From an uncultured Actinomycetes bacterium (GTDB lineage: Bacteria > Actinomycetota > Actinomycetes > S36-B12 > UBA10799): a stretch of DNA of 64,000 bases. How positions within the stretch are numbered: position 1 is the stretch's first letter; the number at the start of each line of letters is the position of its first letter. Of the stretch, positions 41,952-50,730 are shown in pieces. A program made the position numbers and the translations under genes. The stretch covers positions 20,413-84,412 of the forward strand of contig CAYYRC010000013.1 of the NCBI GenBank assembly GCA_964474045.1. Reading direction: 5' to 3'. The notes below the pieces were generated by a model, which saw nothing but the letters and a program-made list of their open reading frames with translations, made no database searches and was not told the origin of the DNA.

Positions 41952-42757
41952 ACCCGTCCTCGCCGCGGCCCGGGCGAGCGGGCCTGGACGGCGGCGGGGT
42001 ACCGGCGCTGCTGGCGATCGTCCACGACGAACACTCCGCCGCCGCGGATCGGTCGGCGGCCGAGGCGCAGCTGGTCCAGGCCTTCCGCGGCCTCAGTCGG
42101 GGGATCGCCAACCGCTACGCGAACGGCCGGGTTGAGCGCGACGACTTGTACGCGGTGGCCGACGCCGGGCTGCTAGCCGCCATCCGACGGTTCGACCCCG
42201 CAAAGGGCGCATCCTTCCCCACCTTCGCCACCGTCACCATCGCCGGCGGCATCAAGCGGCACTTCCGCGACTCCACCTGGTCGCTGGGGGTGCCGCGGAG
42301 GATTCGGGACTTGAGCGTGCGGCTGCGCTCGGCCGAGGCCTCCCTTGAGCAGCGCACCGGATGCAAGCCCACGGCGCAGCAGTTGGCGGCGGAGCTGGAG
42401 GTGCCGCTGGACGACGTGGTCGAGGCCCTGGGAGCCACTGGCGCGTATGCGACGAGCTCGATCGACGCCGGTGCCACGGTTGACGGCGGGGGCGAATGGT
42501 CCGAGGCCGACCGGCTCCAGGCCGAGGAGGTCGGCTACGCCGTCGTGGAGCACCGCGAACTGCTGCGCCCGGCCTTGGACTCACTGTCCGAGCGGGAGCG
42601 GCTGATCGTCATCGCGACGTTCTTCCGCCACCAGTCCCAGACCCAGATAGCCGAGCAGCTGGGGGTGTCACAGGTCCATGTGTCGCGGCTGCTGCGCAAA
42701 GCCCTGGAGCGGCTGCGCGCCAGCCTGACCGAACCCGCGGAGCCCCCGACGGCCTAA
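41948..42757 (+). CDS. RNA polymerase sigma factor, SigF/SigB-like (group 3)
   Basis: The last 269 codons of the artefactual ORF 39539..42757, from GTG 41948. Region 2 (DLYAVADAGLLAAIRRFDPAKGASFPTFATVTIAGGIKRHFRD), region 3, and the region 4.2 HTH (SQTQIAEQLGVSQVHVSRLLRKAL) are present. Confidence 0.85.
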   Translation: MNPSSPRPGRAGLDGGGVPALLAIVHDEHSAAADRSAAEAQLVQAFRGLSRGIANRYANGRVERDDLYAVADAGLLAAIRRFDPAKGASFPTFATVTIAGGIKRHFRDSTWSLGVPRRIRDLSVRLRSAEASLEQRTGCKPTAQQLAAELEVPLDDVVEALGATGAYATSSIDAGATVDGGGEWSEADRLQAEEVGYAVVEHRELLRPALDSLSERERLIVIATFFRHQSQTQIAEQLGVSQVHVSRLLRKALERLRASLTEPAEPPTA

Positions 42758-43161
42758 CCGGCAGGGGGCTCCTCGTCCGGTTCCAGCAGCGCCATGAGCC
42801 CCGGCAGCAGCGAGTTGACCACGCCGACCGCACCGAGGACCAGGATCACCGCCCCGACCGCCGTGGTCCAGGCGCCGTCCCCCGACAGCACCGTCCAGCC
42901 GACGATCCCGACGAAAACCTCGACGATCAGGTACGGCGTGCGCGCCAGCGAGTTGCGCCGCAGCAAGCCGAAGCACACAAGCCCGATCAGCGCTGCGAAC
43001 ACCAGGTAGATGGCGATCTCGACGCCGGTCGCGGTCACAGTGGAGCCCCGGCTGTTGCGGCCGGCGATGCCGATCGCCATCGCATAGGCCACCAGCGCCA
43101 GGGCCTCGAACGCGGTGATGCCGATGGCGAGTCGCAGCGGCCACTGCGGGGGTGGGGTCAC
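42754..43161 (-). CDS. small integral membrane protein (4 predicted TM helices)
   Basis: The 3-prime part of ORF 42754..43719, from GTG 43161, 135 aa and very hydrophobic (LAIGITAFEALALVAYAMAIGIA ...). GC3 is high. Confidence 0.55.
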   Translation of the reverse strand: MTPPPQWPLRLAIGITAFEALALVAYAMAIGIAGRNSRGSTVTATGVEIAIYLVFAALIGLVCFGLLRRNSLARTPYLIVEVFVGIVGWTVLSGDGAWTTAVGAVILVLGAVGVVNSLLPGLMALLEPDEEPPAG

Positions 43162-43233
43162 GCCCCGACGATACCCGCCGCCCCGACCGCCGCCGACGAG
43201 TCGGCGCCGCACCCGCCCGCATAGGCTGCGGGT

Positions 43234-44193
43234 ATGCGAGGACTGCTGGTCGTGAACCCGAAGGCCACTGCGACCACCGACCGGACTCGCGACGTGCTCA
43301 TCCATGCCCTGGCCGACCAATTCGACCTCGAGGCAGTCCGCACCGACCACCGCGGCCACGCCATGGAGCTTGGCGCCCGCGCGGTCGCCGAGGAGCTGGA
43401 CGTCGTGGTGACCCTGGGCGGGGACGGCACCGTCAACGAGACCATCAACGGCATGATGTCCGTCCGGGGCGACCGCGGGCCGGAGCAGCTGCCCCGCTTC
43501 GGCGCAGTCCCCGGTGGCAGCGCCAACGTCTTCAGCCGCGCGCTGGGCTTTCCGATCGACCCGGTCGAGGCGACCGGAGAGCTGGTCGACGCGCTGCGCA
43601 ACGAGCGCACCCGGACCATCGGGTTGGGCCACGCCAGCGGCATCACCGCGGACGGCGCCGACTTCGACCGCTGGATCACCTTCAACGCCGGGCTGGGCCT
43701 GGATGCCGAGATCATCCACAACATGGAGGCAGCGCGCGCGAAGGGCAAAGAGGCCTCCCCCACCCGCTACCTGATGACGACCCTTCGGACCTTCTTCGCA
43801 GGCACCAACCGCAAGGATCCCGCCATGACGCTCTTCGTGCCCGGCCTGGGCACGGTGGAGGGAGTCTTCCTGGCCATCATCCAGAACGCCTCGCCCTGGA
43901 CCTATTTGGGCACCTTGGCCGTCAACCCGCTGCCTGAGACCACGTGGGACTCAGGGCTGGGAGTCTGGGCCGTGCGGCGGATGCGCATCCTCGAGGGGCT
44001 GCGCTACTCCAGGCGGGTGATCATGCAGTCGAAGGCCGGCTCGACCAAGAGCCTCTTCGTGGGCAACGACCTGGCCGAGTTCTCGGTGACCTGCGAGCCG
44101 CCCGTGCCACTGCAGATCGACGGCGAGGGGCTGGGCAGCATCACGTCCGCCACCTTCACCTCGCACTCGGACATGCTGCGCGTCTACACCTGA
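43234..44193 (+). CDS. diacylglycerol kinase-family lipid kinase
   Basis: 319-aa ORF with the DAGK catalytic-domain motifs LLVVNPKA and VVTLGGDGTVNE. Confidence 0.85.
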   Translation: MRGLLVVNPKATATTDRTRDVLIHALADQFDLEAVRTDHRGHAMELGARAVAEELDVVVTLGGDGTVNETINGMMSVRGDRGPEQLPRFGAVPGGSANVFSRALGFPIDPVEATGELVDALRNERTRTIGLGHASGITADGADFDRWITFNAGLGLDAEIIHNMEAARAKGKEASPTRYLMTTLRTFFAGTNRKDPAMTLFVPGLGTVEGVFLAIIQNASPWTYLGTLAVNPLPETTWDSGLGVWAVRRMRILEGLRYSRRVIMQSKAGSTKSLFVGNDLAEFSVTCEPPVPLQIDGEGLGSITSATFTSHSDMLRVYT

Positions 44194-44196
44194 CCG

Positions 44197-44228
44197 CAAC
44201 GGTGCGGCCGACGCCGGCCGCACCGTTG
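44197..44228. terminator. bidirectional terminator hairpin between the lipid-kinase gene and whiB1
   Basis: Perfect 14-bp inverted repeat CAACGGTGCGGCCG (44197..44210) / CGGCCGCACCGTTG (44215..44228) with loop ACGC. It fills the 36-nt convergent spacer. Confidence 0.65.
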
Positions 44229-44229
44229 A

Positions 44230-44487
44230 TCAGCGGTTGTTGCTGCGGACCGCGATTCGCGACCGGCGACGGCGCAGCTGCAGCCGCTCAGGCTCGCTCA
44301 TGCCGCCCCACACCCCGAAGTCCTGGCCGGTCTCGAGCGCCCACGCCAGGCACTCCTGCATGACCGGGCACGTGCGGCACACGGCCTTGGCCTTCTCGAT
44401 CTGGTCAACGGCCGGGCCTGCGTCCCCGATCGGGAAGAACAGTTCCGGGTCGTGCGTCAGACATGCCGACTCAAAGCGCCAGTCCAT
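44230..44487 (-). CDS. whiB1: WhiB-family [4Fe-4S] transcription factor, WhiB1-like
   Basis: ORF 44230..44517. I set the start at ATG 44487 (GGAGG 8 nt upstream), giving MDWRFESACLTHDPELFFP...CRTCPVMQECLAWAL...GVWGGMSE. The four Cys, the GVWGG turn and the basic tail are present. The N-terminus MDWR matches M. tuberculosis WhiB1 as I remember it, and pdtaS is adjacent as in Mtb. Confidence 0.9.
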   Translation of the reverse strand: MDWRFESACLTHDPELFFPIGDAGPAVDQIEKAKAVCRTCPVMQECLAWALETGQDFGVWGGMSEPERLQLRRRRSRIAVRSNNR

Positions 44488-44777
44488 CTGGCGGACCTCC
44501 ATGCTCGGGTGATTCACTGCTGTGGCTCACGTTCTTGTGGGTACATGGCTGCGTGGGTGCTCCGGGGAGCCTGAATCGCAGCTGGGCGGGCGTTCATTTC
44601 CGGCGATCGGGGGCGGTGTGCGGACCCGGCAGTCTGATGACCTATTGTTCGCCGTCTGCATCAAGGGTCACACAGCGCGGCGGGGCGCACAAGGGGTGAC
44701 GACCCCCGGAACGCCGGAATACCGTGTCGGCTATGTCACACCGGGGATCCCGCCTCGGTACTTGACTTCCGGACTAC

Positions 44778-46211
44778 TCAGCCATCGGCCGATCGGTTGA
44801 TCGCAACTTCGGCCACGGTCCCGCCGTCCGCACCCGGCGCCCACAGCACATGGCCGCCGTGCTCGGCCGCCAGCGTCCGCACGATCTGCAGCCCCAACCG
44901 CCCATCCGACGCCGGGTCGAATCCTGCCGGCAGCCCGGGGCCGTCGTCGACGACCTCCAGTCCGATCCGCTCCGAGTCCTGGCGCAGGACGACCGCCACC
45001 GTCGGCTGGGGACCCGCATGCTCCAACGCGTTGGCCAGCAGCTCGGCCAGGCACATGGCCAGCGGAGTCGCCTGGTCAGCGGGCACCGGCCCGATGGAAC
45101 CCGACCGCCGCAGCCGCGCGCCGGGGGCCAGGGCGGCGCTCATGGCCAGGATCCGGTCGGCCACCGCGTCGAAGTCCGCCGTCCCCTCCGGCGCCGCTGC
45201 CAGGGCCTCATGCACCACCGCGATGGCGGACACGCGGCTGCCCGCATCCGCCAGGGCGGCCCGTGCGGACTCGCTGTCCGACCGGCGCGACTGCATCCGC
45301 AGCAGCGCCGCCACCAGCTGCAGGTTGTTCTTGATGCGATGGTGCACCTCGCGCAGGCTGGCCTCGCTGCTCAGCAGGGCGCGCTCGCGGCTGCGCAGCT
45401 CGGTGACGTCGCGCACCAGCAGGAGGGCACCGGTGCGTCGGCCCCGCCGGATCAGCGGCAGCGACTCCAGCACCAGCACCGTGGAGGAGTGCTCGAGCTC
45501 GACCTGCCCCCGGGTCCGACCGGCGGCCACCACCGTCCCCGCGGGGTCGAGGCCGTCGGCGCGATCATGCAGCCGCGGCGCCAGCCGGCCCATGTCCGTG
45601 CCCACCAGATCGACGGCGACCCCAAGGCGGCGGAAGGCAGAGGTGGCGTTGGGCGAGGCGAACTCCACCAGACCGTCCGCGTCCAGCCGCATGAGGCCGC
45701 TGCCCACCCGCAGCGGGTCGTGCTCCCGCCCGCCCGGCGGGAAGTCGCCGGACACCACCATCGCGCACAGATCGTCGGCCGCAGTCAGATAGGCGGCCTC
45801 CAGACCCCCGGCGGCGCGCGCCGCCGCCGGATCCTCCACCGCCGAGTAGCGCCCGAGCAGGGCGATGACCCGCCCGGCGGCCGCCACTGGGTAGATCTGT
45901 GCCCAGGTGCCGTCGGCATCCCGCACGTCCTGCGGCCGGCCCGAGGCCTGGGCCGCGGCCATCCCGGGGCGTCGGCCGCGCGCGGTGAACTCCCCCACGA
46001 TGTCGTCGGGGAACAGCGTTCGCCCGGTGTCCGGGCGCTGCTGGGCCACCGCCACGTAGCCGCCGCCGTTCCAGGTCGGCAGCCACAGCACCAGGTCCGC
46101 AAAGGACAGGTCCGCGATGAGCCCCCAATCCAGGGTCAGCTCCCGCAGCAGCTCCACCTCGGGGTCGCCGAGGTCGGTGTGCGCACGCGCCAGCCCGGCG
46201 ATGTCTGCCAC
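44778..46211 (-). CDS. pdtaS: sensor histidine kinase PdtaS (GAF-PAS-HisKA_2-HATPase)
   Basis: ORF 44778..46550. The H-box is EVHHRIKNNLQ, and ATPase motifs are LAELLANALEH and DDGPGLP. The N-terminal region (LLRELTLDWGLIADLSFADLVLWLP) is colinear with Mtb PdtaS. I set the start at GTG 46211. The ATG at 46262 would overlap the bioA start. Confidence 0.85.
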   Translation of the reverse strand: MADIAGLARAHTDLGDPEVELLRELTLDWGLIADLSFADLVLWLPTWNGGGYVAVAQQRPDTGRTLFPDDIVGEFTARGRRPGMAAAQASGRPQDVRDADGTWAQIYPVAAAGRVIALLGRYSAVEDPAAARAAGGLEAAYLTAADDLCAMVVSGDFPPGGREHDPLRVGSGLMRLDADGLVEFASPNATSAFRRLGVAVDLVGTDMGRLAPRLHDRADGLDPAGTVVAAGRTRGQVELEHSSTVLVLESLPLIRRGRRTGALLLVRDVTELRSRERALLSSEASLREVHHRIKNNLQLVAALLRMQSRRSDSESARAALADAGSRVSAIAVVHEALAAAPEGTADFDAVADRILAMSAALAPGARLRRSGSIGPVPADQATPLAMCLAELLANALEHAGPQPTVAVVLRQDSERIGLEVVDDGPGLPAGFDPASDGRLGLQIVRTLAAEHGGHVLWAPGADGGTVAEVAINRSADG

Positions 46212-46260
46212 GGCACCAGGGTACGCACCACGATCACCGCGGCTGGCACCATTGCTGCCC

Positions 46261-47586
46261 ATGACCGAACGTTCGCAGCGCACCGACGAGCTCATCGCCA
46301 GGGATGCTGCCAGCGTGTGGCACCCCTTCACGCAGCAGAGCCTCTGGCTGGACGACCAGCCGATCGTGGTGGACCGCGCCGAGGGCATGTACTTCTGGGA
46401 CACCGACGGCCGGCGGTACCTGGACGGGGTCTCTTCGCTGTGGGTCAACGTGCACGGGCACCGGCGCCCGGAGATCGATGCGGCGATCGTCGAGCAGCTC
46501 GGCCGACTGGACCACACGACCTTCCTGGGCCTGACGCACGAACCCGGCATCGTGCTGGCTGAGAAGTTGTTGGCGACCGCGCCCGCGGGGCTGTCCCGCG
46601 TGTTCTACGCCGGCGACGGGGCCAGCGCGGTCGAGGCGGCGCTGAAGATCAGCTACCAGGCGCATGCTCAGAACGGCGCGGTGCGCCCGCTGTACGCCCA
46701 CGTGGCCGAGGGCTATCACGGCGACACCCTGGGCGCGGTGAGCGTCGGGGGCATCGAGCTGTTCCACCGGACGTACTCGGCGATCATGCTCGAGACGCGT
46801 ACCGTGTCCAGCCCGGGGTTGCTGGCCGCCGGCCAGGACCGGGCTGGCCGGGCGGCCGAGGTGCTGGCGGAGCTCGCCGATCTGTTCGCCACCGAGGGCG
46901 GACGGATCGGGGCGCTGGTGATCGAGCCCATGGTGCAGGCCGCGGGCGGCATGCTGACCCACGATGCCGAGTTCGTCCGCGGCGCGCGTCGGCTGTGCGA
47001 CGACCACGGAGTCCACCTGATCGCCGACGAGGTGGCCACCGGCGTCGGCCGCACCGGGCGGATGTGGGCGTGCGAGCACGCGGGCGTGGCGCCCGACCTG
47101 CTCACCTGCGGCAAGGGCCTGACTGCGGGGTACCTGCCGCTGTCGGCCGTGCTGGCGACCGAGGACCTCTATCAGGCCTTCCTGGGCACCGCCGCGTCCG
47201 CGCGGACGTTCTTCCACGGACACTCGTACACCGCCAACCCTCTTGCCGCTGCCGCAGCCATCGCCAACCTTGACCTGATGGCCGCGGACGGCACGGTGGA
47301 GCGGGCGGCCGACGTCGGCGAGCGGATCGGTGCGGCGATCGCCCCGCTGGCCCAGCTCGACGGCGTGCTCGACATCCGGCGCATCGGCACCATGACCGGG
47401 ATCGAGGTGGCCGCGGTGGGCGAGCGAACGGGGTTCGCCGTCTGCCAGGAGGCCCGCCGCCACGGGGTGTGGGTGCGCCCCCTGGGCGACGTCGTCGTTG
47501 TCATGCCGCCGCTGGCCATCGGCGACGACGACCTGGACGTGCTCACCGGGACTGTCTGCGACGCCATCACGACGGTCGTGGGGTGA
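46261..47586 (+). CDS. bioA: adenosylmethionine-8-amino-7-oxononanoate aminotransferase
   Basis: The 3-prime part of ORF 46117..47586, from ATG 46261. A class III aminotransferase (WHPFTQ, ADEVATGVGRTG, PLP-Lys region CGKGLTAGY), first gene of the bio operon. Confidence 0.9.
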   Translation: MTERSQRTDELIARDAASVWHPFTQQSLWLDDQPIVVDRAEGMYFWDTDGRRYLDGVSSLWVNVHGHRRPEIDAAIVEQLGRLDHTTFLGLTHEPGIVLAEKLLATAPAGLSRVFYAGDGASAVEAALKISYQAHAQNGAVRPLYAHVAEGYHGDTLGAVSVGGIELFHRTYSAIMLETRTVSSPGLLAAGQDRAGRAAEVLAELADLFATEGGRIGALVIEPMVQAAGGMLTHDAEFVRGARRLCDDHGVHLIADEVATGVGRTGRMWACEHAGVAPDLLTCGKGLTAGYLPLSAVLATEDLYQAFLGTAASARTFFHGHSYTANPLAAAAAIANLDLMAADGTVERAADVGERIGAAIAPLAQLDGVLDIRRIGTMTGIEVAAVGERTGFAVCQEARRHGVWVRPLGDVVVVMPPLAIGDDDLDVLTGTVCDAITTVVG

Positions 47587-48749
47587 GCCGCATCGACGAC
47601 GTCCCGGCGGGCGGGGGCGTGTGGGATCACCTGCACGACGCCGCCGCGGAGCGCCGCCGCAGGGGCCTGCACCGCGAGCTGCGCCCGCGGGCGGCCGACG
47701 CGCGCGTCATAGATCTGGCCTCCAACGACTACCTGTCGCTCGCCCGCGACCCGCGGGTGACCGAGGCCGCGGCCGCCGCCGTCCGGCGCTGGGGCGCCGG
47801 CGCCACCGCCAGCCGTCTGGTCACCGGCGCGCTGGAGCTGCACGCCGAGCTCGAGGACGCCCTCGCCACAGCGACGGGGGCACAGGCCGGGCTGCTGTTC
47901 AGCTCTGGCTATCTGGCCAACCTCGGCGCGGTGACCGCGCTGGCCGACCCCGACACCCTCATCCTGTCCGACGAGCAGAACCACGCCTCCCTCATCGATG
48001 CCTGCCGCCTGAGCAGCGCCACTGTTCAGGTGTACGGACACCGCGACGCAGTCGAGGTCGCCGCCCTCCTGGCGGCCCGCCCGCAGCGGCGCGCGCTGGT
48101 GGTGACCGATGCCGTCTTCAGCGTCGACGGCGACGTCGCCCCACTTTCCGAGCTGCACGCGGCCTGCCGCACCCATGGCGCTGCGCTGCTCGTGGACGAG
48201 GCGCACAGCCTCGGGGTGCTCGGGCCGGGCGGCGCGGGAGCGGTCGCGGAAGCGGGGCTGGCGGGGGCACCTGACATCGTGCTCACGCTCACGCTGTCCA
48301 AGGCGCTGGCAGCGCAGGGCGGCGCGGTCCTGGGCCCGACCGCGGTGGTGGACCACCTGATCAACACGGCGCGACCGCTGTTGTTCGACACCGGCCTGGC
48401 ACCGGCCAGCACGGCGGCCGCGCTGGCCGCGCTGCGGGTCCTGCACGAGCACCCGGAACTACCTCTGCGCACCAGGGCGGCGGCCGCCGAGCTGCGCGAG
48501 CTAGGCCTGCGCACGGGTCGTCCGGTCACCCGTCCCGACGCCGCAGTCGTCTCCGTCATCGCCGACAGCGCTGATGCTGCCGTGGCAGCCCAGCGCGCCT
48601 GCGCCGAACTCGGCGTGGCCGTGGGCTGCTTCCGCCCGCCGTCCGTGCCCGACGGTCGCGCCCGGCTGCGTCTGACTTCCCACTCGGCTCTGACCGCCGA
48701 CCAGCTGGCGCGCGCCGGCCAGGCACTGATGGCGGCCTTGCCGTGCTGA
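47583..48749 (+). CDS. bioF: 8-amino-7-oxononanoate synthase
   Basis: ORF 47469..48749, start at GTG 47583 overlapping the bioA stop. Motifs LASNDYLSL and DEAHSLGVLG, with the PLP-Lys region TLSKALAAQGG. Confidence 0.9.
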   Translation: MSRIDDVPAGGGVWDHLHDAAAERRRRGLHRELRPRAADARVIDLASNDYLSLARDPRVTEAAAAAVRRWGAGATASRLVTGALELHAELEDALATATGAQAGLLFSSGYLANLGAVTALADPDTLILSDEQNHASLIDACRLSSATVQVYGHRDAVEVAALLAARPQRRALVVTDAVFSVDGDVAPLSELHAACRTHGAALLVDEAHSLGVLGPGGAGAVAEAGLAGAPDIVLTLTLSKALAAQGGAVLGPTAVVDHLINTARPLLFDTGLAPASTAAALAALRVLHEHPELPLRTRAAAAELRELGLRTGRPVTRPDAAVVSVIADSADAAVAAQRACAELGVAVGCFRPPSVPDGRARLRLTSHSALTADQLARAGQALMAALPC

Positions 48750-49468
48750 CCGGGACCGTCCTCGTCACCGGCACCGGCACCGGGGTCGGCAAGACGGTCG
48801 TCACCGCCGCGCTGGCGGCGGCGGCCGGGCAGGCCGGGCTGCGCGCTGCGGTGGTCAAGCCGGTGCAGACCGGGCTGCCCCCCGGGGAGCCCGGTGACGC
48901 GGCTGAGGTGCAACGGCTGTCCGGATGCACGCGCTGCGTGGAACTCAGGCGCTACCCAGATCCGCTGGCACCGGCGGCCGCCGCCCGCGTGGCAGGTACG
49001 GCCGACCCGGACCTGGCCGCCATGGCCCAGGACATCGCCGAGCTGCGGACCAGCCTCGATCTGGTGCTGGTCGAGGGCGCCGGGGGCCTGCTCGTGCCGT
49101 TCGACGCCGCCGGGCGCACCATCGTCGACCTCGCGGCGGGGGTCGCCCAGCGGACCGCGGAGCCAGTGGCCGTGGTGGTGGTCGCCGACCCCGCGCTGGG
49201 CACCCTCAACCACACCGCCCTCACGCTGGCCGCGCTGGCGTCGACCGACCTGGAGCTGGCCGGAGTGGTGCTGGGCTCCTGGCCAGCCGATCCCGACCTG
49301 GCCTGCCGCTGCAATCTGGCGGACCTTCCGGGCGTCATCGGTGGCCCGCTGGCAGGCGTGCTGCCCGCTGGGGCGGCCGCCCTGGACCCCGCGGACTTCG
49401 CCGCGGCGGCGGTGGCGGGCATGGCCCCGCGACTCGGCGGCACCTTCGGTGGGACAATCGCCCCATGA
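48743..49468 (+). CDS. bioD: dethiobiotin synthase
   Basis: 241-aa ORF with the P-loop [11 protein letters not shown] and [10 protein letters not shown]. It overlaps the bioF stop and the bioB start. Confidence 0.9.
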   Translation: MLTGTVLVTGTGTGVGKTVVTAALAAAAGQAGLRAAVVKPVQTGLPPGEPGDAAEVQRLSGCTRCVELRRYPDPLAPAAAARVAGTADPDLAAMAQDIAELRTSLDLVLVEGAGGLLVPFDAAGRTIVDLAAGVAQRTAEPVAVVVVADPALGTLNHTALTLAALASTDLELAGVVLGSWPADPDLACRCNLADLPGVIGGPLAGVLPAGAAALDPADFAAAAVAGMAPRLGGTFGGTIAP

Positions 49469-50502
49469 CTCAGGTGATCGATATCTATCCAGGTCCGGAC
49501 GCGGACGCCGAGGACGTCCTGGCCCGGGCCCGGGAGCAGGTCCTGGAACGCGGCGAGGGCCTGGACGAGGCGGACGTGCTGCGCGTGCTCAACCTGCCCG
49601 AGGACCGAATCGCCGAGTTGCTGGGGCTGGCCCACGAGGTCCGGATGCGCTGGTGCGGGCCGGACGTCGAGGTCGAGGGGATCGTGTCGGTCAAGACCGG
49701 CGGCTGCCCGGAGGACTGTCACTTCTGTTCGCAGTCCGGGCTCTTCCCGTCTCCGGTGCGGGCAGCGTGGCTGGACATCCCGAGCCTGGTCGAGGCCGCC
49801 GTGCAGACCGCAGCTACCGGCGCGACGGAGTTCTGCATCGTGGCCGCGGTGCGCGGGCCCGACGACCGTCTGATGGCGCAGATGCGCGAGGGTGTCGCCG
49901 CAATCCAGGCCGCGGTCCAGATCAACGTCGCGGCCAGCCTCGGGATCCTGACCGCGCAGCAGGTCGACGACCTGGTGGACATGGGCATCCATCGCTACAA
50001 CCACAACCTCGAGACTGCTCGCAGCTTCTTCCCCAACGTGGTGACGACCCACACCTGGGACGAGCGGATGGACACCCTGCGGCTGGTGCGCGATTCCGGG
50101 ATGGAGGTCTGCTGTGGCGGCATCGTCGGCCTGGGCGAGACCCTGGAGCAGCGCGCGGAGTTCGCCGCCCAGCTGGCGTCGCTGAACCCGCACGAGGTGC
50201 CGCTGAACTTCCTCAACCCCCGACCCGGCACCCCGTTCGAGGACCTGCCGGTCATGGGCACATCGGATGCGCTGCGCACCATCGGCGCCTTCCGCCTGGC
50301 CCTGCCGCGGACCATCCTGCGCTACGCCGGGGGCCGCGAGATCACTCTGGGCGAGCTCGGAACGCGCGAGGGTCTGCTGGGGGGCATCAACGCGGTCATC
50401 GTGGGCAACTACCTGACCACCCTGGGCCGCAGCCCGGACGAGGACCTGGGGCTGCTGGCCGAGCTCAGCATGCCCGTCAAGGCGCTGTCGGACACGCTGT
50501 AG
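49465..50502 (+). CDS. bioB: biotin synthase (radical SAM)
   Basis: The 3-prime part of ORF 48925..50502, from ATG 49465 (ATGA overlap with bioD). It has the radical-SAM [11 protein letters not shown] motif and YNHNLET. Confidence 0.95.
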   Translation: MTQVIDIYPGPDADAEDVLARAREQVLERGEGLDEADVLRVLNLPEDRIAELLGLAHEVRMRWCGPDVEVEGIVSVKTGGCPEDCHFCSQSGLFPSPVRAAWLDIPSLVEAAVQTAATGATEFCIVAAVRGPDDRLMAQMREGVAAIQAAVQINVAASLGILTAQQVDDLVDMGIHRYNHNLETARSFFPNVVTTHTWDERMDTLRLVRDSGMEVCCGGIVGLGETLEQRAEFAAQLASLNPHEVPLNFLNPRPGTPFEDLPVMGTSDALRTIGAFRLALPRTILRYAGGREITLGELGTREGLLGGINAVIVGNYLTTLGRSPDEDLGLLAELSMPVKALSDTL

Positions 50503-50598
50503 GCCGTCCTCATCCGACGCCTCCGGCGCCGATGCGGCAGGCTGTGCCCTGCAAGGCCCGCCGACCCGGCGACCCAGAGGAAAGAGGAAGCAGCCGCC

Positions 50599-50685
50599 AT
50601 GATGGAGAACAAGAACCTGATCACCGTCGTCGCTGTGGTTCTCATCCTGGCGCTGCTGGTGGCGGTCTTCATCAGCCTGATCTAG
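50599..50685 (+). CDS. candidate 28-aa hydrophobic micro-protein
   Basis: Below the ORF-track cutoff. ATGATGGAGAAC... translates to MMENKNLITVVAVVLILALLVAVFISLI then a stop. AGAGGAAG lies about 10 nt upstream. 26 of 28 codons end in G/C. It sits between bioB and the ThDP-enzyme gene. Confidence 0.4.
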   Translation: MMENKNLITVVAVVLILALLVAVFISLI

Positions 50686-50730
50686 CTCGCCACCGGCGCA
50701 GGCCGTGCACCCGGGGCGAGGAGGAGGAAC

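Noticed and set aside
46212-46262. ATG at 46262 as the pdtaS start
   Set aside because: It would overlap the bioA ATG (46261) on the opposite strand. The GTG at 46211 gives an N-terminus colinear with known PdtaS.
50503-50598. A BsaP-like small ORF directly after bioB (for example ATG 50532 in the 48894 frame)
   Set aside because: That frame continues as Arg/Gly/Pro-rich sequence into the ThDP gene out of frame. It has no Cys motif and no RBS. The only plausible small ORF in the spacer is the 28-codon hydrophobic one at 50599.
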